Shown here: positions 41,392 to 52,441 of the stretch, one piece after another
Layout: each line of letters opens with the position of its first letter
How positions within the stretch are numbered: the stretch's first letter is position 1
Source of the DNA: Candidatus Sulfomarinibacteraceae bacterium
Lineage (GTDB): Bacteria > Acidobacteriota > Thermoanaerobaculia > Thermoanaerobaculales > Sulfomarinibacteraceae
Direction: 5' to 3'
Assembly (NCBI GenBank): GCA_963796455.1
Contig: CAWCLO010000010.1
Location: forward strand, 384,001 to 448,000
DNA length: 64,000 nt
Notes under the pieces: model-generated
Told to the model about the DNA's origin: nothing
Database searches by the model: none
Seen by the model: the letters and a program-made list of their open reading frames with translations, nothing else
Position numbers and translations under genes: made by a program

Positions 41392-43335
41392 CTACAGTTC
41401 CAAAGAACGGGTATTCACAGCATTGAAAATTCGTTCCATAACGTCGGCCGTCGCCTTGACGCCCTCGTCACGGCGGTGCCGCAGGCGCAGGGAGACCGTC
41501 CCGTCATCGGCCTCTCGCTGCCCCACCACCAGCAGGTAGGGCACCTTCATTTTTTCTCCGTCGCGGATCTTGTATCCGAGCTTCTCCGACCGCCGATCGA
41601 CATCGGCCCTCAGACCGCGGGCGCACAGGGCCGCTGCGACCTCCTCGGCGTAGTCGTTCTGGGAATCGGTGATCGGCAGGACCCGCGCCTGCTCCGGAGC
41701 CAGCCAAGGTGGAAGATCACCCCCGAAATGCTCGAGCATGACACCGTAAAAACGCTCCAGCGATCCAAAGATTGCACGGTGGATCATCACCGGTCGCTTG
41801 TCGGAACCATCGGAGTCGACATAGCTCAGGTCGAATCGTTCGGGCATCTGGAAGTCGAGCTGGATGGTGGCCAGCTGCCACGATCGGCCGAGCGCATCCT
41901 GGACATCGAAATCGATTTTGGGGCCATAGAACGCGCCGTCGCCTTCCTTCACGGTGTGCTCGACATCGTCGCGGTTTTCGAGACACTCCGTCAGCACCGC
42001 TTCCGCATGCTCCCAGACCTTTGGGTCACCCATCGCCTTTTCGGGTTTAGTCGACAGGAAGACCTTGACGTCTGAAAATCCGAAGAGGTCGTAGATCTCG
42101 AAGATGAAATCGAAAAGATCGGTGATCTCCTTGGAGATCTGTTCCGGCGTGCAAAAGATGTGGGCATCGTCCTGGCTGAAGGTACGAACTCTGGTCAGCC
42201 CCGTCACGACCCCCGATCGCTCGTATCGGTGGAGTCGCCCGAAATCGGCGATCCGTCGCGGCAGATCGCGGTAGGAGTGGCTCGAGCCACCATAGAGCAG
42301 GCAGTGCGAGGGACAGTTCATCGGTTTGACGCTCGAGGTCCGCTCTTCGACCTCTTCAAAAGCATCGGCAAAGAACATATCGTCGCGATAGTTGTCGTAG
42401 TGGCCGGACTGTTTCCACAACGAGACATCGAAGATCTGCGGAGTGATGACCTCGTCATACCCGTACTCGCGGTATTTCGCCCGCATGAGATCGATCAACC
42501 CGTTGTAGACGATCGCACCGCGGGGGTGGAAAAAGGGGCTTGCCGGCGCTTCGGCGTGAAACGAAAAGAGATCGAGCTCCCGTCCGAGCCGGCGATGGTC
42601 GCGGCGCTTGAGTTCCTCGAGACGCTCGAAATATTTGTTGAGTTCCTTTTTGGTGGCGAAAGCCGTTCCGTAGATCCGTTGCAGCATCTCGTTGCGCTCG
42701 TCGCCCTTGAAGTAGGCGCCGGAGGCTTCGAGCAATCGAACCGCACCGATCTGCGAGGTCCGCTGGACATGAGGGCCGCGGCAAAGATCGAGAAACGGAC
42801 CGTGCGAATAGAGAGTGATGGTCTCGCCCTCGGGAATGTCCTCGAGGCGGATGATCTTGATGTCCTCGCCACGCTCGGTCATCACCCGAGCCACCTCTTC
42901 GCGATCGACTTCGTTGCGTTCGAACTCGAGGTCCTCGGCGAGAATGCGCGCCATTTCTTCTTCGATCTTTTCGAAGTCCTCGGGTTTGAAGGCTCGCGGG
43001 AAGCGGAAGTCGTACTGATATTTCTCGGAGTGGTCCTGGCGACCGGCATCGATCGGGGTGCCCGGCCACAGCCTCTTCACCGCATCAGCGAGCACATGCT
43101 CGGCCGAGTGGCGGATCACATCTCCCGCGGCCGGGTCCTTGGTGGTCACGATCTTCAGATCGACATCGTTCATGAGCGCAGTTCGCAGGTCCACCAACTC
43201 GCCGTCGACAAAACCGGCGACGGTGTCGCGGGCCAACCTCGGACCGATGGCCTCGGCTACCTGGAGGACGGTGGTGCCCGCGGCAAATTCCCGCGCGCTT
43301 CCGTCCGGCAAGCTCACCTGAACTGTTTGACTCAT
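41392..43335 (-). CDS. thrS: Threonine-tRNA ligase
   Basis: TGS domain, RHS.EH, DLCRGPH, RDHR.LG, KPMNCP.H, GLTRVR.F.QDDAH, YGPKID and HRA..GS.ERF motifs. Confidence 0.97.
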   Translation of the reverse strand: MSQTVQVSLPDGSAREFAAGTTVLQVAEAIGPRLARDTVAGFVDGELVDLRTALMNDVDLKIVTTKDPAAGDVIRHSAEHVLADAVKRLWPGTPIDAGRQDHSEKYQYDFRFPRAFKPEDFEKIEEEMARILAEDLEFERNEVDREEVARVMTERGEDIKIIRLEDIPEGETITLYSHGPFLDLCRGPHVQRTSQIGAVRLLEASGAYFKGDERNEMLQRIYGTAFATKKELNKYFERLEELKRRDHRRLGRELDLFSFHAEAPASPFFHPRGAIVYNGLIDLMRAKYREYGYDEVITPQIFDVSLWKQSGHYDNYRDDMFFADAFEEVEERTSSVKPMNCPSHCLLYGGSSHSYRDLPRRIADFGRLHRYERSGVVTGLTRVRTFSQDDAHIFCTPEQISKEITDLFDFIFEIYDLFGFSDVKVFLSTKPEKAMGDPKVWEHAEAVLTECLENRDDVEHTVKEGDGAFYGPKIDFDVQDALGRSWQLATIQLDFQMPERFDLSYVDSDGSDKRPVMIHRAIFGSLERFYGVMLEHFGGDLPPWLAPEQARVLPITDSQNDYAEEVAAALCARGLRADVDRRSEKLGYKIRDGEKMKVPYLLVVGQREADDGTVSLRLRHRRDEGVKATADVMERIFNAVNTRSLEL

Positions 43336-43367
43336 GTCGCACTCCCGTGGAGCCGGTTCCGGGCCCC

Positions 43368-43398
43368 AAAAAACAAAAATCCCGACCACAGGGTCGGG
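43368..43398 (-). terminator. Terminator-like hairpin between tRNA-Val pair and thrS
   Basis: Minus strand CCCGACC-CTGT-GGTCGGG followed by ATTTTTGTTTTTT. Confidence 0.65.
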
Positions 43399-43412
43399 CG
43401 TCGGATCGGCAT

Positions 43413-43489
43413 TGGTAGGCGCGCGCGGACTCGAACCGCGGACTTCATCCGTGTGAGGGATGCGCTCTAACCAACTGAGCTACGCGCCT
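43413..43489 (-). tRNA. tRNA-Val(CAC)
   Basis: 77-nt cloverleaf AGGCGCG...CGCGCCTACCA; anticodon arm CATCC-CTCACAC-GGATG; GGTTCGAGTCC T-arm; encoded CCA. Confidence 0.96.
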
Positions 43490-43506
43490 CTGCTGATCCG
43501 AATAAA

Positions 43507-43583
<77 letters not shown>

Positions 43584-43776
43584 ATGTAACTGAAATGGCC
43601 TCCAGCGGCACGCGGCCGATGGGGCTTCTCTCAGTGACTGATGACGGGTGGTCCCGTGGACGCTTCCGACCCGCCTTCGTCTCTTAACACATCAAAGAAC
43701 GACCCTTAAAACAAGGGGCTGGGATCATAACAACGGGTATCGAGACTGTCAATACAACCGTATACTTACAAGCACC

Positions 43777-44031
43777 ATGAACGACGAACTGGTCGTAGTT
43801 TTCACCGCTCAAGGCGAGGTCGAGGAAACCCAGGTGCGGTCTTTCCTCGCCGCACACGGGATTCCATCCATGACCCATGGCGAAGCGCTCCGCAAGACCC
43901 ACGCCTTCACCCTCGATGGGCTTGGGGCCGCCCAGATCATGGTGGCCAAAGAAAACGAGGCGGAAGCCCTGCGTCTGCTTCATGATGCCGAGCAGGGAGC
44001 CTTCAACCTCGAGGATCTGTCCGAGATCTGA
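43777..44031 (+). CDS. DUF2007-like small putative signal-transducing protein
   Basis: LVVVFT.QGE.E...V.SFL.AHGIP.....E...G...I.V......EA..LL pattern. Confidence 0.7.
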   Translation: MNDELVVVFTAQGEVEETQVRSFLAAHGIPSMTHGEALRKTHAFTLDGLGAAQIMVAKENEAEALRLLHDAEQGAFNLEDLSEI

Positions 44032-46414
44032 CGAATCTTCCGCCAAACCGTGATCCCAACACCGCGGTCACCACGAGCGAGAGCAACACCAGGACCGACA
44101 ACAAGCCGCCCCACATCACCGAGCGTGGCGCAAAGAGCACCCGCAACACATGACGTCCTGGCGAAATCGGGGCCCCGACAAAGGCATAGTTCACCTGCTC
44201 GGCGGGAACCAACCGGCCGTCGATCTCGACCACGATGTCGGGGTGCCACGGGATGGCTGTGACCACGAAGCCGAGCGCAGGAGCATCAACCGTTCCCTGC
44301 CACAACTCGGTCCTCGGTCGCAGGGGCCCCAGGGTCCCGCCGGCGATTTCCGAGAGCGGGGCGTCCATCTCGCGCAAGACCTCCACCGAAGGGTCGAAGG
44401 ATTGCGAAACCAGGCCCCGCAGAGCCTCGGATTCAGATGACACCATCCGTTGCGACGCCAGCCATCGCACCATAGCCGGGCCGTCAACCGAATAAAATCT
44501 GTAGACGACACCGTCGGCAAGCTCGTCAGCAGCAACCTCGGTCAGTCCCTCGATCTCCGGGCGATCCGGTGTCATCACCAAACTCGCTCCGGCGATTCGG
44601 AGGAGCGCCACCCGATCGTTCCACGGGGCCGCCATGGCCGTCCGAGCGAGCGCGGCCATTCGGCGTCCGGCGATCACCTCGGCATCGGAGTGAAAGACCA
44701 TCGGCACACCCCAGTTGGCCGCCAACGAACCATCGAGAACCAGTTGCCACCAATCGGCAGCCGCCCAAGCCCGATCTGCCGCCAGGGGCACCACAAAAGA
44801 TTCCGGATCGCGGTCGCGAAAAAACCTGCCGTGACCGATCTCTCGATTGATCGTCTGCAGGATCGGGGGCGGATTCGAAACCGTCTCCCGGGGCGCAAGA
44901 GGGAGCGCCGCCGCACCGGCGCCAACGAGATCGACGGCCACAAGCAGCACCAGAACGGCCGACCGGGTGGCCATCCTGAGACGGGAACCGGCCAGCAGGA
45001 CCAGCAGCACCCCCGCGACGACGATGGCCGATCGGGCACAGGGCAGAATAAGACCCCGCTCAGCGAGTCGGGCATGATCGGTAAACAAAAGGTCGAGAAC
45101 CGGACGGGCGAGGCCTGACGCAATGGCGATCACGCCGGTGACGAACAAACAGACCGACCCGCCGGCCACCACGACCAGTCGGCGCTGCATGGACCCCTTG
45201 GCATTGATGGTGACATCGACTCCCCGTCCCGCCAGCAGGGCCACCGGCAGACCCGTCAACAGCAGGGCCTTGACCGGAAAACGGAGGAGGTCGAGCCCCG
45301 GAATCGACGGCAGGAACTCCCCAACCAGCGGAAGATAACGCCCAAAAGCAACCGCACCGAGAGCCGCGAGCCCCAAAAGACTCCACCGCCAACGGCGCCA
45401 CTGGGGATGGTGGGCGGATCCGGCGAATCCAAAGAGCGCCAGGAGCAGGGTGGCCGCCCCGAAGTAGAGGCTCAGAAGGTAGGGAAAACCGAAGTCAACG
45501 AGTCTGGCACCCCAGTACTGCGAGCTCGGATCGGCCACGTCCACCGGACCGAGGAAACCCGGAACCACGAACTCGAAGACCCTCAATGGATGCATCGACC
45601 ACGTGAGCGACATTTCGGCCGGCGTCCCGAGGCCCCGCTCCGATCGAAATACCATTTCGGCCGACGGGAGGACCTGAATCGCCGCCAGGGCGACCCCGGC
45701 AATGACGGCGATGAGTGCCAGTGTGATGATCGATCCACGGCCGCGGCGCCCGTCACCCGAAGCCAGGGACCACACGAGGACCAGGGCCCCGCCCATCGCG
45801 GCCAACTCCGCGGCACCGGTCAACCATTGCAGCGCCAGACACACCGGCAGCATGAGACCGAGACGGTGCGGCCCGGGCTTGCCGCGATGGAAGGCGAGGT
45901 GGGTGGCGAGCACGATCCACGGCAGCCAGTGATAGGCCAGCAAGCGACCAAGGTGGTTCGTCAACGAGATCGACAGACCGCCAAGGGCGTAGGAGACGCC
46001 CGCCACCCCGGTCGCCGCCCCGCTGAGGCCGAGACGCCGGGCCAGGACGATGGTGCCGCTTCCACCCAGTACGAGGTGCAGCGTGATCTCCCAATTGAGC
46101 GCTGTCGCCGGGGACAGGATCAGATACAGGAGGCGGGAGGGATAGAGCAGAAAACGATTCGGATTGGCAAGCAACGGTTGACTGCCGTTGAGCAGGGGGT
46201 CCCACAACAGACCGAAGGGAAAATTTCCCGAGGCGAGAAGGCGCGCTGTGCCGAAGTGCTGACGATAGAGATCACGATAAAAAAGGTTTTGATCGCCTAC
46301 GAGGACCTGCCAGAGCAGGAGAAACACGGCCCCCAACAAAGCCGCCAGAGGAAGCACCCACCACCGATTCCCGGTGAGATCGAGCGCCGGTTTTTCAGAA
46401 TCGAGATCCGCCAT
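44003..46414 (-). CDS. YfhO-family (GT-C-like) membrane protein
   Basis: FYRDL, LWDP....QPLLANP....LYP, QVLP..E....S.R, SLYFG, RFPVK and C-terminal VNYAF.G....PG.H motifs. Confidence 0.75.
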   Translation of the reverse strand: MADLDSEKPALDLTGNRWWVLPLAALLGAVFLLLWQVLVGDQNLFYRDLYRQHFGTARLLASGNFPFGLLWDPLLNGSQPLLANPNRFLLYPSRLLYLILSPATALNWEITLHLVLGGSGTIVLARRLGLSGAATGVAGVSYALGGLSISLTNHLGRLLAYHWLPWIVLATHLAFHRGKPGPHRLGLMLPVCLALQWLTGAAELAAMGGALVLVWSLASGDGRRGRGSIITLALIAVIAGVALAAIQVLPSAEMVFRSERGLGTPAEMSLTWSMHPLRVFEFVVPGFLGPVDVADPSSQYWGARLVDFGFPYLLSLYFGAATLLLALFGFAGSAHHPQWRRWRWSLLGLAALGAVAFGRYLPLVGEFLPSIPGLDLLRFPVKALLLTGLPVALLAGRGVDVTINAKGSMQRRLVVVAGGSVCLFVTGVIAIASGLARPVLDLLFTDHARLAERGLILPCARSAIVVAGVLLVLLAGSRLRMATRSAVLVLLVAVDLVGAGAAALPLAPRETVSNPPPILQTINREIGHGRFFRDRDPESFVVPLAADRAWAAADWWQLVLDGSLAANWGVPMVFHSDAEVIAGRRMAALARTAMAAPWNDRVALLRIAGASLVMTPDRPEIEGLTEVAADELADGVVYRFYSVDGPAMVRWLASQRMVSSESEALRGLVSQSFDPSVEVLREMDAPLSEIAGGTLGPLRPRTELWQGTVDAPALGFVVTAIPWHPDIVVEIDGRLVPAEQVNYAFVGAPISPGRHVLRVLFAPRSVMWGGLLSVLVLLSLVVTAVLGSRFGGRFVRSRTDPRG

Positions 46415-46494
46415 AAGAATCAAGTCTACTCAAGTGCTCTTGCAGCACAACGCTCGATTATATTTTTTCCGCGACCAGCGCTCCCGGCAGACGA

Positions 46495-48252
46495 TTACTC
46501 GGATCCTTCGGTCTTCAATCCGAGATCGGCCAGTTGTTTGTCATCGACCGCCGATGGCGCCTTGGTCATGAGGCAGGACATCGAGGTCGTTTTGGGGAAA
46601 GCAATGACGTCGCGGATGGACTCGCACCCTGCCATCAACATCACCAACCGATCGAGCCCGAGCGCGAGGCCGCCGTGCGGCGGGACACCGTATCTGAAGG
46701 CCTCGAGCAAAAACCCGAAGCGGGCCGTCGCCTCGTCCTCGTCGATCCCGAGAGCGGCCAGCATCTGCCGCTGGACCCCCGGATCGTGGATCCGGATCGA
46801 CCCACCTCCGAGCTCCACCCCATCCATGACGACATCGTAGGCGCGGGCCCGGACCTTGGCGGGGTCTGACTCCATGAGTTCGAAATCATCCTCCCGCGGC
46901 GAAGTGAAGGGGTGGTGCATGGCAAAAAACCGTTGCTCGTCGACATCCCACTCGAGCAATGGGAAGTCCGTCACCCAGAGAAAGTCGTGTCGTCCTTCAG
47001 GTACCAGCGCATGCTCCCGGGCGAGATACAACCTGAGCGCGCCGAGGGCGGCAAATACAATCTTCTGCTCGCCCCCAACCGCCAGCAGGAGATCCTCCGG
47101 TCCGGCGCCGGCGTGTTCCAGAAAACGCAGCACGCCATCCTCACCGAGCGCCTTCTTGGCCGGCGAGGCAACGCCTTCGGCGGTCTTTTTGAACCACAGA
47201 ACTCCAGCCGCTCCGTGGGGCTTGACGATTTCCGACAAAGCATCGAGCTGTTTGCGGGACAGACTCGCCCCTCCGGGCAGCACCAGGGCCTTGACCCTTC
47301 CGGTGGCGGCCGCATTCTCGAGGATCTGGAAGCCGCAGCCCTCGCAGACTTCGGCGAGCTCGATGAGCTCGAGGCCAAAACGTGTGTCCGGCCGATCCGA
47401 GCCGAATCGCTCCATCGCATCTGAATAGCTGAGGCGCACAAAGGGCGTCGGCGCCTCGATACCGACGATCGGAAAGATGCGCTCGAAGAGGCCTTCGATC
47501 AAAGAGTAGATGTCTTCTTCGTTGATAAACGAGGCCTCGACATCGATCTGCGTGAATTCGGGCTGGCGGTCGGCGCGGAGATCCTCGTCACGAAAACAGC
47601 GGCTCACCTGCATGTATCGACCGAGACCGGCAACCTGCAAAAGCTGTTTGAAGAGCTGCGGCGACTGCGGCAGGGCATAGAAGGAACGTTTGTGAATCCG
47701 CGAAGGCACGAGAAAGTCGCGGGCCCCCTCCGGAGTCGATCGCGTGAGAATCGGTGTTTCGACCTCGAGGAAATCCCGCTCATCGAAATAGCGCCGGATT
47801 TCCGCCACAACCCGATGACGGAGCACCAGATTCGCGGTCATCTCGGGTCGCCGCAAATCCAGATAACGATGGGTGAGGCGCAACTCCTCTGATGCGTTGG
47901 CACGGTCCTCGACCACAAAGGGCGGCGTCTCGGCGTGATTCAATACCTCGAGTTCTTCCACCAGTACCTCGATCGCGCCGCTTGAAAGATCGGGGTTGGC
48001 CTGTCCTTCGGCACGCTCACGCACCACCCCTGCGACCCGGATCACATCCTCCGAAGAGAGCTTTTCACCGTCTTCGACCATCGACTCCTCGAAGACCAGC
48101 TGCAGCAGGCCGCTGCGATCCCGGAGATCGACAAAGACCAGTCCACCGAGGTCGCGCCTCCTCCTGACCCAGCCCACAACCTCGACGCGATCGCCGACCC
48201 TCTCGAGGTCGATTGAAGCGCACCACGGTCTTTCCCACGCACTTTGTGACAT
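46495..48252 (-). CDS. aspS: Aspartate-tRNA ligase
   Basis: [43 protein letters not shown] and G.PPHGG.A.GLDR motifs. Confidence 0.97.
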   Translation of the reverse strand: MSQSAWERPWCASIDLERVGDRVEVVGWVRRRRDLGGLVFVDLRDRSGLLQLVFEESMVEDGEKLSSEDVIRVAGVVRERAEGQANPDLSSGAIEVLVEELEVLNHAETPPFVVEDRANASEELRLTHRYLDLRRPEMTANLVLRHRVVAEIRRYFDERDFLEVETPILTRSTPEGARDFLVPSRIHKRSFYALPQSPQLFKQLLQVAGLGRYMQVSRCFRDEDLRADRQPEFTQIDVEASFINEEDIYSLIEGLFERIFPIVGIEAPTPFVRLSYSDAMERFGSDRPDTRFGLELIELAEVCEGCGFQILENAAATGRVKALVLPGGASLSRKQLDALSEIVKPHGAAGVLWFKKTAEGVASPAKKALGEDGVLRFLEHAGAGPEDLLLAVGGEQKIVFAALGALRLYLAREHALVPEGRHDFLWVTDFPLLEWDVDEQRFFAMHHPFTSPREDDFELMESDPAKVRARAYDVVMDGVELGGGSIRIHDPGVQRQMLAALGIDEDEATARFGFLLEAFRYGVPPHGGLALGLDRLVMLMAGCESIRDVIAFPKTTSMSCLMTKAPSAVDDKQLADLGLKTEGSE

Positions 48253-48295
48253 GTTTTTCTCCGAAGGGGCCCTCGAATCAGCCCCTCAACCGATC

Positions 48296-49558
48296 TCATT
48301 TACTGGCAAGGATACTCGCGACGTGCTCGGGCACGGTTCCCAGTTCGACCGTCTCCTGGGTGCTCGCTGCGAGATCGCGTACCACCGCCGAATTTACCGC
48401 CAGTTCACTCTCCCCAAGAATCACCACGACTCGCGCGCCGATCTTGCCGGCCCACTTGAGGCCCGCTTTCAGAGATCGACCGTTGACCTCGGTCGGTGCG
48501 GCGATGCCCATGTTCGCCAACGCCCGGGTCAGCTCCAGGCCGCGGGCCGCGGTCGGATCACCGATCGGCAGCACGGCAACCACCGGTCTTTCGAGGACCC
48601 GCCGGCGAAAAGACTCGGGCAGAACCTCGATCAATCGGTCTTCGCCGATCGCAAATCCGGTGCCGGCAACCGCGGCGCCGCCGAGATCGGAAATCAGGCG
48701 ATCGTAACGGCCGCCACCACAGATCACCGTGTCTTTGCCGAGATCGGGCGAGACGACTTCAAAGACGGTCCGCAGATAATAATCGAGCCCGCGAACCAGA
48801 CGTGGCGCCCTTTCGACGGGAATCCCGATGGCGGAGAGACCGGCTTCGACCTTTTCCACGTGGACCCGAGCATCATCGGACACCGTCTCCGCGATGGGAG
48901 TAGTGGCCGCAACCAGTTCGCGGCACCGCGGCACCTTGCAGTCGAGGATCCGGAGGGGGTTGGTATCCCAACGACGTTGACAATCGCCGCACAACTCCTC
49001 ACGATCCGGTGTCAACTCAGCCTTCAACCCGTCGATAAACCGGGCCCGGTCCTCGGGGTCGCCCAGGTTGTTCAGCATGATGACGAGGTCGTCAAAACCG
49101 AGTTCGGTGAGGAATGTGTGGAGTGCCACCAGGATCTCGATATCGGCCTGCGGCGTCGCGGTTCCGAGCAACTCGATTCCGATCTGGGCAAACTGGCGAT
49201 AGCGGCCGCGCTGCATTTTTTCGTAGCGGAACATCGGCCCCAGGTAGCTCAAGCGAAGCGGCTGGGGGAGTTGACCGAGACCGTTTTCGATAAAGGCCCT
49301 GGCGACGCTGGCGGTGCCCTCGGGACGAAGGGTCAGGGAGCGACCCTTTCGGTCAGCGAAGGTATACATCTCCTTGGAGACGATATCGCTGTCCTCACCA
49401 ACCGATCGCACGAAAAGCTCGGTGGGTTCCATGATGGGCAGTCGAATCTCGTCATACCCGAAGCCGCCGAACACACGGTGTGCAATCGCCTCGACCTCGG
49501 TCCATAGACGCGAATCCGGTGGCAGAATGTCCCGGGTTCCCTTGACCTTTCGAATCAT
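48296..49558 (-). CDS. hisS: Histidine-tRNA ligase
   Basis: KGTRD, KEMYTF.D, LRPEGTA, FRYE..QRGRYRQF.Q, LVRGLDYY and GGGRYD motifs. Confidence 0.97.
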   Translation of the reverse strand: MIRKVKGTRDILPPDSRLWTEVEAIAHRVFGGFGYDEIRLPIMEPTELFVRSVGEDSDIVSKEMYTFADRKGRSLTLRPEGTASVARAFIENGLGQLPQPLRLSYLGPMFRYEKMQRGRYRQFAQIGIELLGTATPQADIEILVALHTFLTELGFDDLVIMLNNLGDPEDRARFIDGLKAELTPDREELCGDCQRRWDTNPLRILDCKVPRCRELVAATTPIAETVSDDARVHVEKVEAGLSAIGIPVERAPRLVRGLDYYLRTVFEVVSPDLGKDTVICGGGRYDRLISDLGGAAVAGTGFAIGEDRLIEVLPESFRRRVLERPVVAVLPIGDPTAARGLELTRALANMGIAAPTEVNGRSLKAGLKWAGKIGARVVVILGESELAVNSAVVRDLAASTQETVELGTVPEHVASILASK

Positions 49559-49679
49559 CGACCTTGACTCCTCAGCGCTCTGAAATTGCATGACTCGGAG
49601 AAATTCTGGCGCTGCCCGCAAAGGCGCCTGACCGCGCTCGCCGAAACGTTCTCGATTCTACCCCTCAGACCTGAGATCT

Positions 49680-49950
49680 GTGCTGAAAAACCGGGAAAAT
49701 GAACGCTACCACACGCCCTCTTGGGCAGCAACAAATTTCGCCGACCCTGAAGCCACAAGCGATTGAAAAACAGTGGGTTGTGGACCGACGCCAAAAAGAC
49801 GCTTTCGGCAACGACCTCAAAATGAACGACATCCAAGGAAGTGACTGAATAATAACAACTTAGGGAACAAGCTCCTCAACAGGGGGAGAGAAGCGAAGTG
49901 TTTGGTTTTACATTGCGTTAACGAGATTTCCACAGGCTTTTCCACAGACT
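49680..49950. other. Candidate replication origin / DnaA-box region
   Basis: Gene-free, lower-GC stretch; tandem DnaA-like boxes ATTTCCACA (49926-49934) and TTTTCCACA (49938-49946); three related AAG..TG..TT IHF-like motifs. Confidence 0.4.
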
Positions 49951-49996
49951 CCGGCGGCCTGAGCGTCCAAACGCGGCGAATCGATGCACGAGACCC

Positions 49997-50608
49997 CTAA
50001 AACTGAGGAAAAGGAACTTCCCACTGCAGCGCCCCGGGTCGGAGAATTCGCGCTTCGTCACCGCTCAGATCGACCAGGGTGCTCGCCGTGCCACCCGCGG
50101 TTTGACCGGCGTCGAGCACCAGGTCCGGAGCCCCTGCCAACGACCGCAAAGCCTCATCGACCGTCGTGCACCCCTTCGAGCCGTGAAGATTGGCAGATGT
50201 GCCGGTGATCGGTCCGATTCGATAGAGCAGCGCACGCAGTGCGGGATGATCAGGGATCCGCACCGCCAGGGTCTCTGATCGCGAAGCGGGAAACTCTTCT
50301 TTCGCGCGAAGAACAACCGTCAACGCCGTCGGCCACGTCTGCGACAAACTGGCCCGGAACCGATCGGGGACCTCTACCAGGCCTTCAAGTTGCTGCCAAT
50401 CCGCGCACAAGACCGGCATGCCGAGCGCCGCTGGTCGCTCCTTGATGGCGCAGATCTTCGTGATGCCGTCCTGACTCGAAGGATCGGCCCCGAGTCCATA
50501 AAAGCTTTCGCTCGGAACCATCAGGACGCCGCCTGAAGACACCACATCCATCGCCGCCGGAATCGCGGCGATCACCTCATGGTCTTCGCAAAAAGCCAAT
50601 CGTTTCAA
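49997..50608 (-). CDS. tsaC: L-threonylcarbamoyladenylate synthase (Sua5/YrdC)
   Basis: PSESFYGL.AD, IK.RP, WP..LT, AVRIP.H, TGTSAN.HG and STLVD motifs. Confidence 0.88.
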   Translation of the reverse strand: MKRLAFCEDHEVIAAIPAAMDVVSSGGVLMVPSESFYGLGADPSSQDGITKICAIKERPAALGMPVLCADWQQLEGLVEVPDRFRASLSQTWPTALTVVLRAKEEFPASRSETLAVRIPDHPALRALLYRIGPITGTSANLHGSKGCTTVDEALRSLAGAPDLVLDAGQTAGGTASTLVDLSGDEARILRPGALQWEVPFPQF

Positions 50609-52308
50609 GTCGTCTCCAGGAGCACCCGTGCGTGGGTGCGTGCCGACTCGGTGAGCTCGTCCCCAGCCAGCATTCGGGCGATCTCAGTTTCTCGTTCATC
50701 GGTGCCGAGCACCTGAACCCGCGTCACGGCACGGCCGTCGGAGACCTTTTTTTCGATTCGGAAATGGCCACCGGCTCGGGCAGCGACCTGCGGCAAATGC
50801 GTCACCACCAAAACCTGGTCGACGGTGGCAAGATCGGCCAGGAGTTCGGCCAGGGCGGCGGCAGTGGATCCCCCGAGACCGGAATCGACTTCGTCAAAGA
50901 GGAGCGTCAGCTGGCCTTCAGGCCGTGCACTGCGGAGAACCGTCCGCAGTGCCAGGTGGATGCGCGACAGTTCACCGCCGGAGGCAATCCTCGCCATCGG
51001 TCGCAACTCCTCACCGGGATTTGCGGCGATGACCAGTACACACTCCTCGACTCCATGTTCGTCAAAGGCCACCGCTGTTCCATCCCGTTGCAGCGGGCTC
51101 TGTTGGTCGGGGCGTGGCTGCCATCTGAATTCGAGCCGGGTCCCGCCCATGGCTAGGCGATTCAGAACTTCAGCCACCGAAGCCGCGAGACGGTCACCCG
51201 CCTTGCGTCTGGCACCATCGAGCTTCCTGGCGTTGCGGTCATAGACCGCCAGCGCTTTCTCGGCGCCTTGTTCAGCTTCAGCGAGGCGATCTTCCACCGA
51301 CTCAAGTTCACGGCGCTCCGTCTCGAGACGATCACGGTGTTCGAGGACCTGTTCCAGTGTTGATCCATACTTGAGCATCAGCTGCTCGAGCGCATGGAGC
51401 CTGGATTCGACCTCGTCGAGGTCACCGGGATCAGCCGTCGACTGATCCACCAGACCCTGTACTTCGCGCACCACCTCTTCGACGAACAAACGCGCCTCTC
51501 CCAGACGGTCGACTCCGCCGGCCAGAGGGAGCCCGCACTCTCCGATTTCTGCGATCTCTCGCTCGGCCTTCGCAAGGTTGTCCACCACGGCCTGTTCGCC
51601 GTCACTGAGGCGTTCGATCAGCGAAGCCGAGAGTTCGGCGAGACGAGCCGAGTGACGGAGGACGAGGCGCCGATTGCGGAGCTCGTCGTCCTCCCTCGCG
51701 CGTGGACCGAGGCCGTCGATCTCAGCCACCTGAAAGGTGATGGTATCCATTCGATCCCGGCGCGACCGTTGCGCAGACCGGAGCCGCTCCACCTCGATCG
51801 CAGCATCACTCCAGTCCCCATAGGCGGCAGTCGTGCGCTGCAACAAACTGGCATGGTTTCCATAATCATCCACCAGTTGGCGCTGAACCGCAGCATCCGC
51901 GAGGCCATATTGTTCGTGCTGTCCGTGGATCGCGAGCAGGTGGGGCGCGACCCGCTGCAGGGCGCCGGCGGTCGAGATCGTGTCATTGATCCAGCACCGA
52001 CTCCTGCCGTTCTGGCTGACCTCACGACGCAGCACCAGTTCGTCCGCCGCATCAATCCCCATTTCGTCCAGAAGATCTTTGATCAAAGAGCCTTCGGGCG
52101 GGCTGAAGACTCCCTCGCAAAGGAGGCGGGTCTCCCCGGTTCGCACCAGATCGGACTGTGCGCGTTGCCCCGCGAGAAGTTTGAGGCTTTCCACGAGCAG
52201 CGACTTTCCGGCGCCGGTCTCCCCGGTCAGCGCGGCAAAGCCCTCCCCGAACTCGAGCTCCACTGCGTCGATGATGGCCAGGCCGCGGACCGAAAGGCGT
52301 TCGAGCAT
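50605..52308 (-). CDS. recN: DNA repair protein RecN
   Basis: TGETGAGKS, IHGQHE, ASGGELSR, FDEVDSG, VTHLPQVAA and E.ARMLAG motifs. Confidence 0.96.
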   Translation of the reverse strand: MLERLSVRGLAIIDAVELEFGEGFAALTGETGAGKSLLVESLKLLAGQRAQSDLVRTGETRLLCEGVFSPPEGSLIKDLLDEMGIDAADELVLRREVSQNGRSRCWINDTISTAGALQRVAPHLLAIHGQHEQYGLADAAVQRQLVDDYGNHASLLQRTTAAYGDWSDAAIEVERLRSAQRSRRDRMDTITFQVAEIDGLGPRAREDDELRNRRLVLRHSARLAELSASLIERLSDGEQAVVDNLAKAEREIAEIGECGLPLAGGVDRLGEARLFVEEVVREVQGLVDQSTADPGDLDEVESRLHALEQLMLKYGSTLEQVLEHRDRLETERRELESVEDRLAEAEQGAEKALAVYDRNARKLDGARRKAGDRLAASVAEVLNRLAMGGTRLEFRWQPRPDQQSPLQRDGTAVAFDEHGVEECVLVIAANPGEELRPMARIASGGELSRIHLALRTVLRSARPEGQLTLLFDEVDSGLGGSTAAALAELLADLATVDQVLVVTHLPQVAARAGGHFRIEKKVSDGRAVTRVQVLGTDERETEIARMLAGDELTESARTHARVLLETT

Positions 52309-52441
52309 TGCGGATCATCCTAGTGCACCGCGCCCGAAATACCTACACCTCCTGAGGCCTCCCGTCAGTGTTGACGCTGCCTCACTCCTGTCCAAGACAA
52401 AACCTCGGAAAGCGAACAAGGGCAGCGACAGCAGACTACGC

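Noticed and set aside
43638..43680. CTGATGA followed by a small hairpin, resembling a hammerhead ribozyme core
   Set aside because: No GAAA after stem II and no matching stems I/III; only a generic hairpin upstream of the tRNA pair
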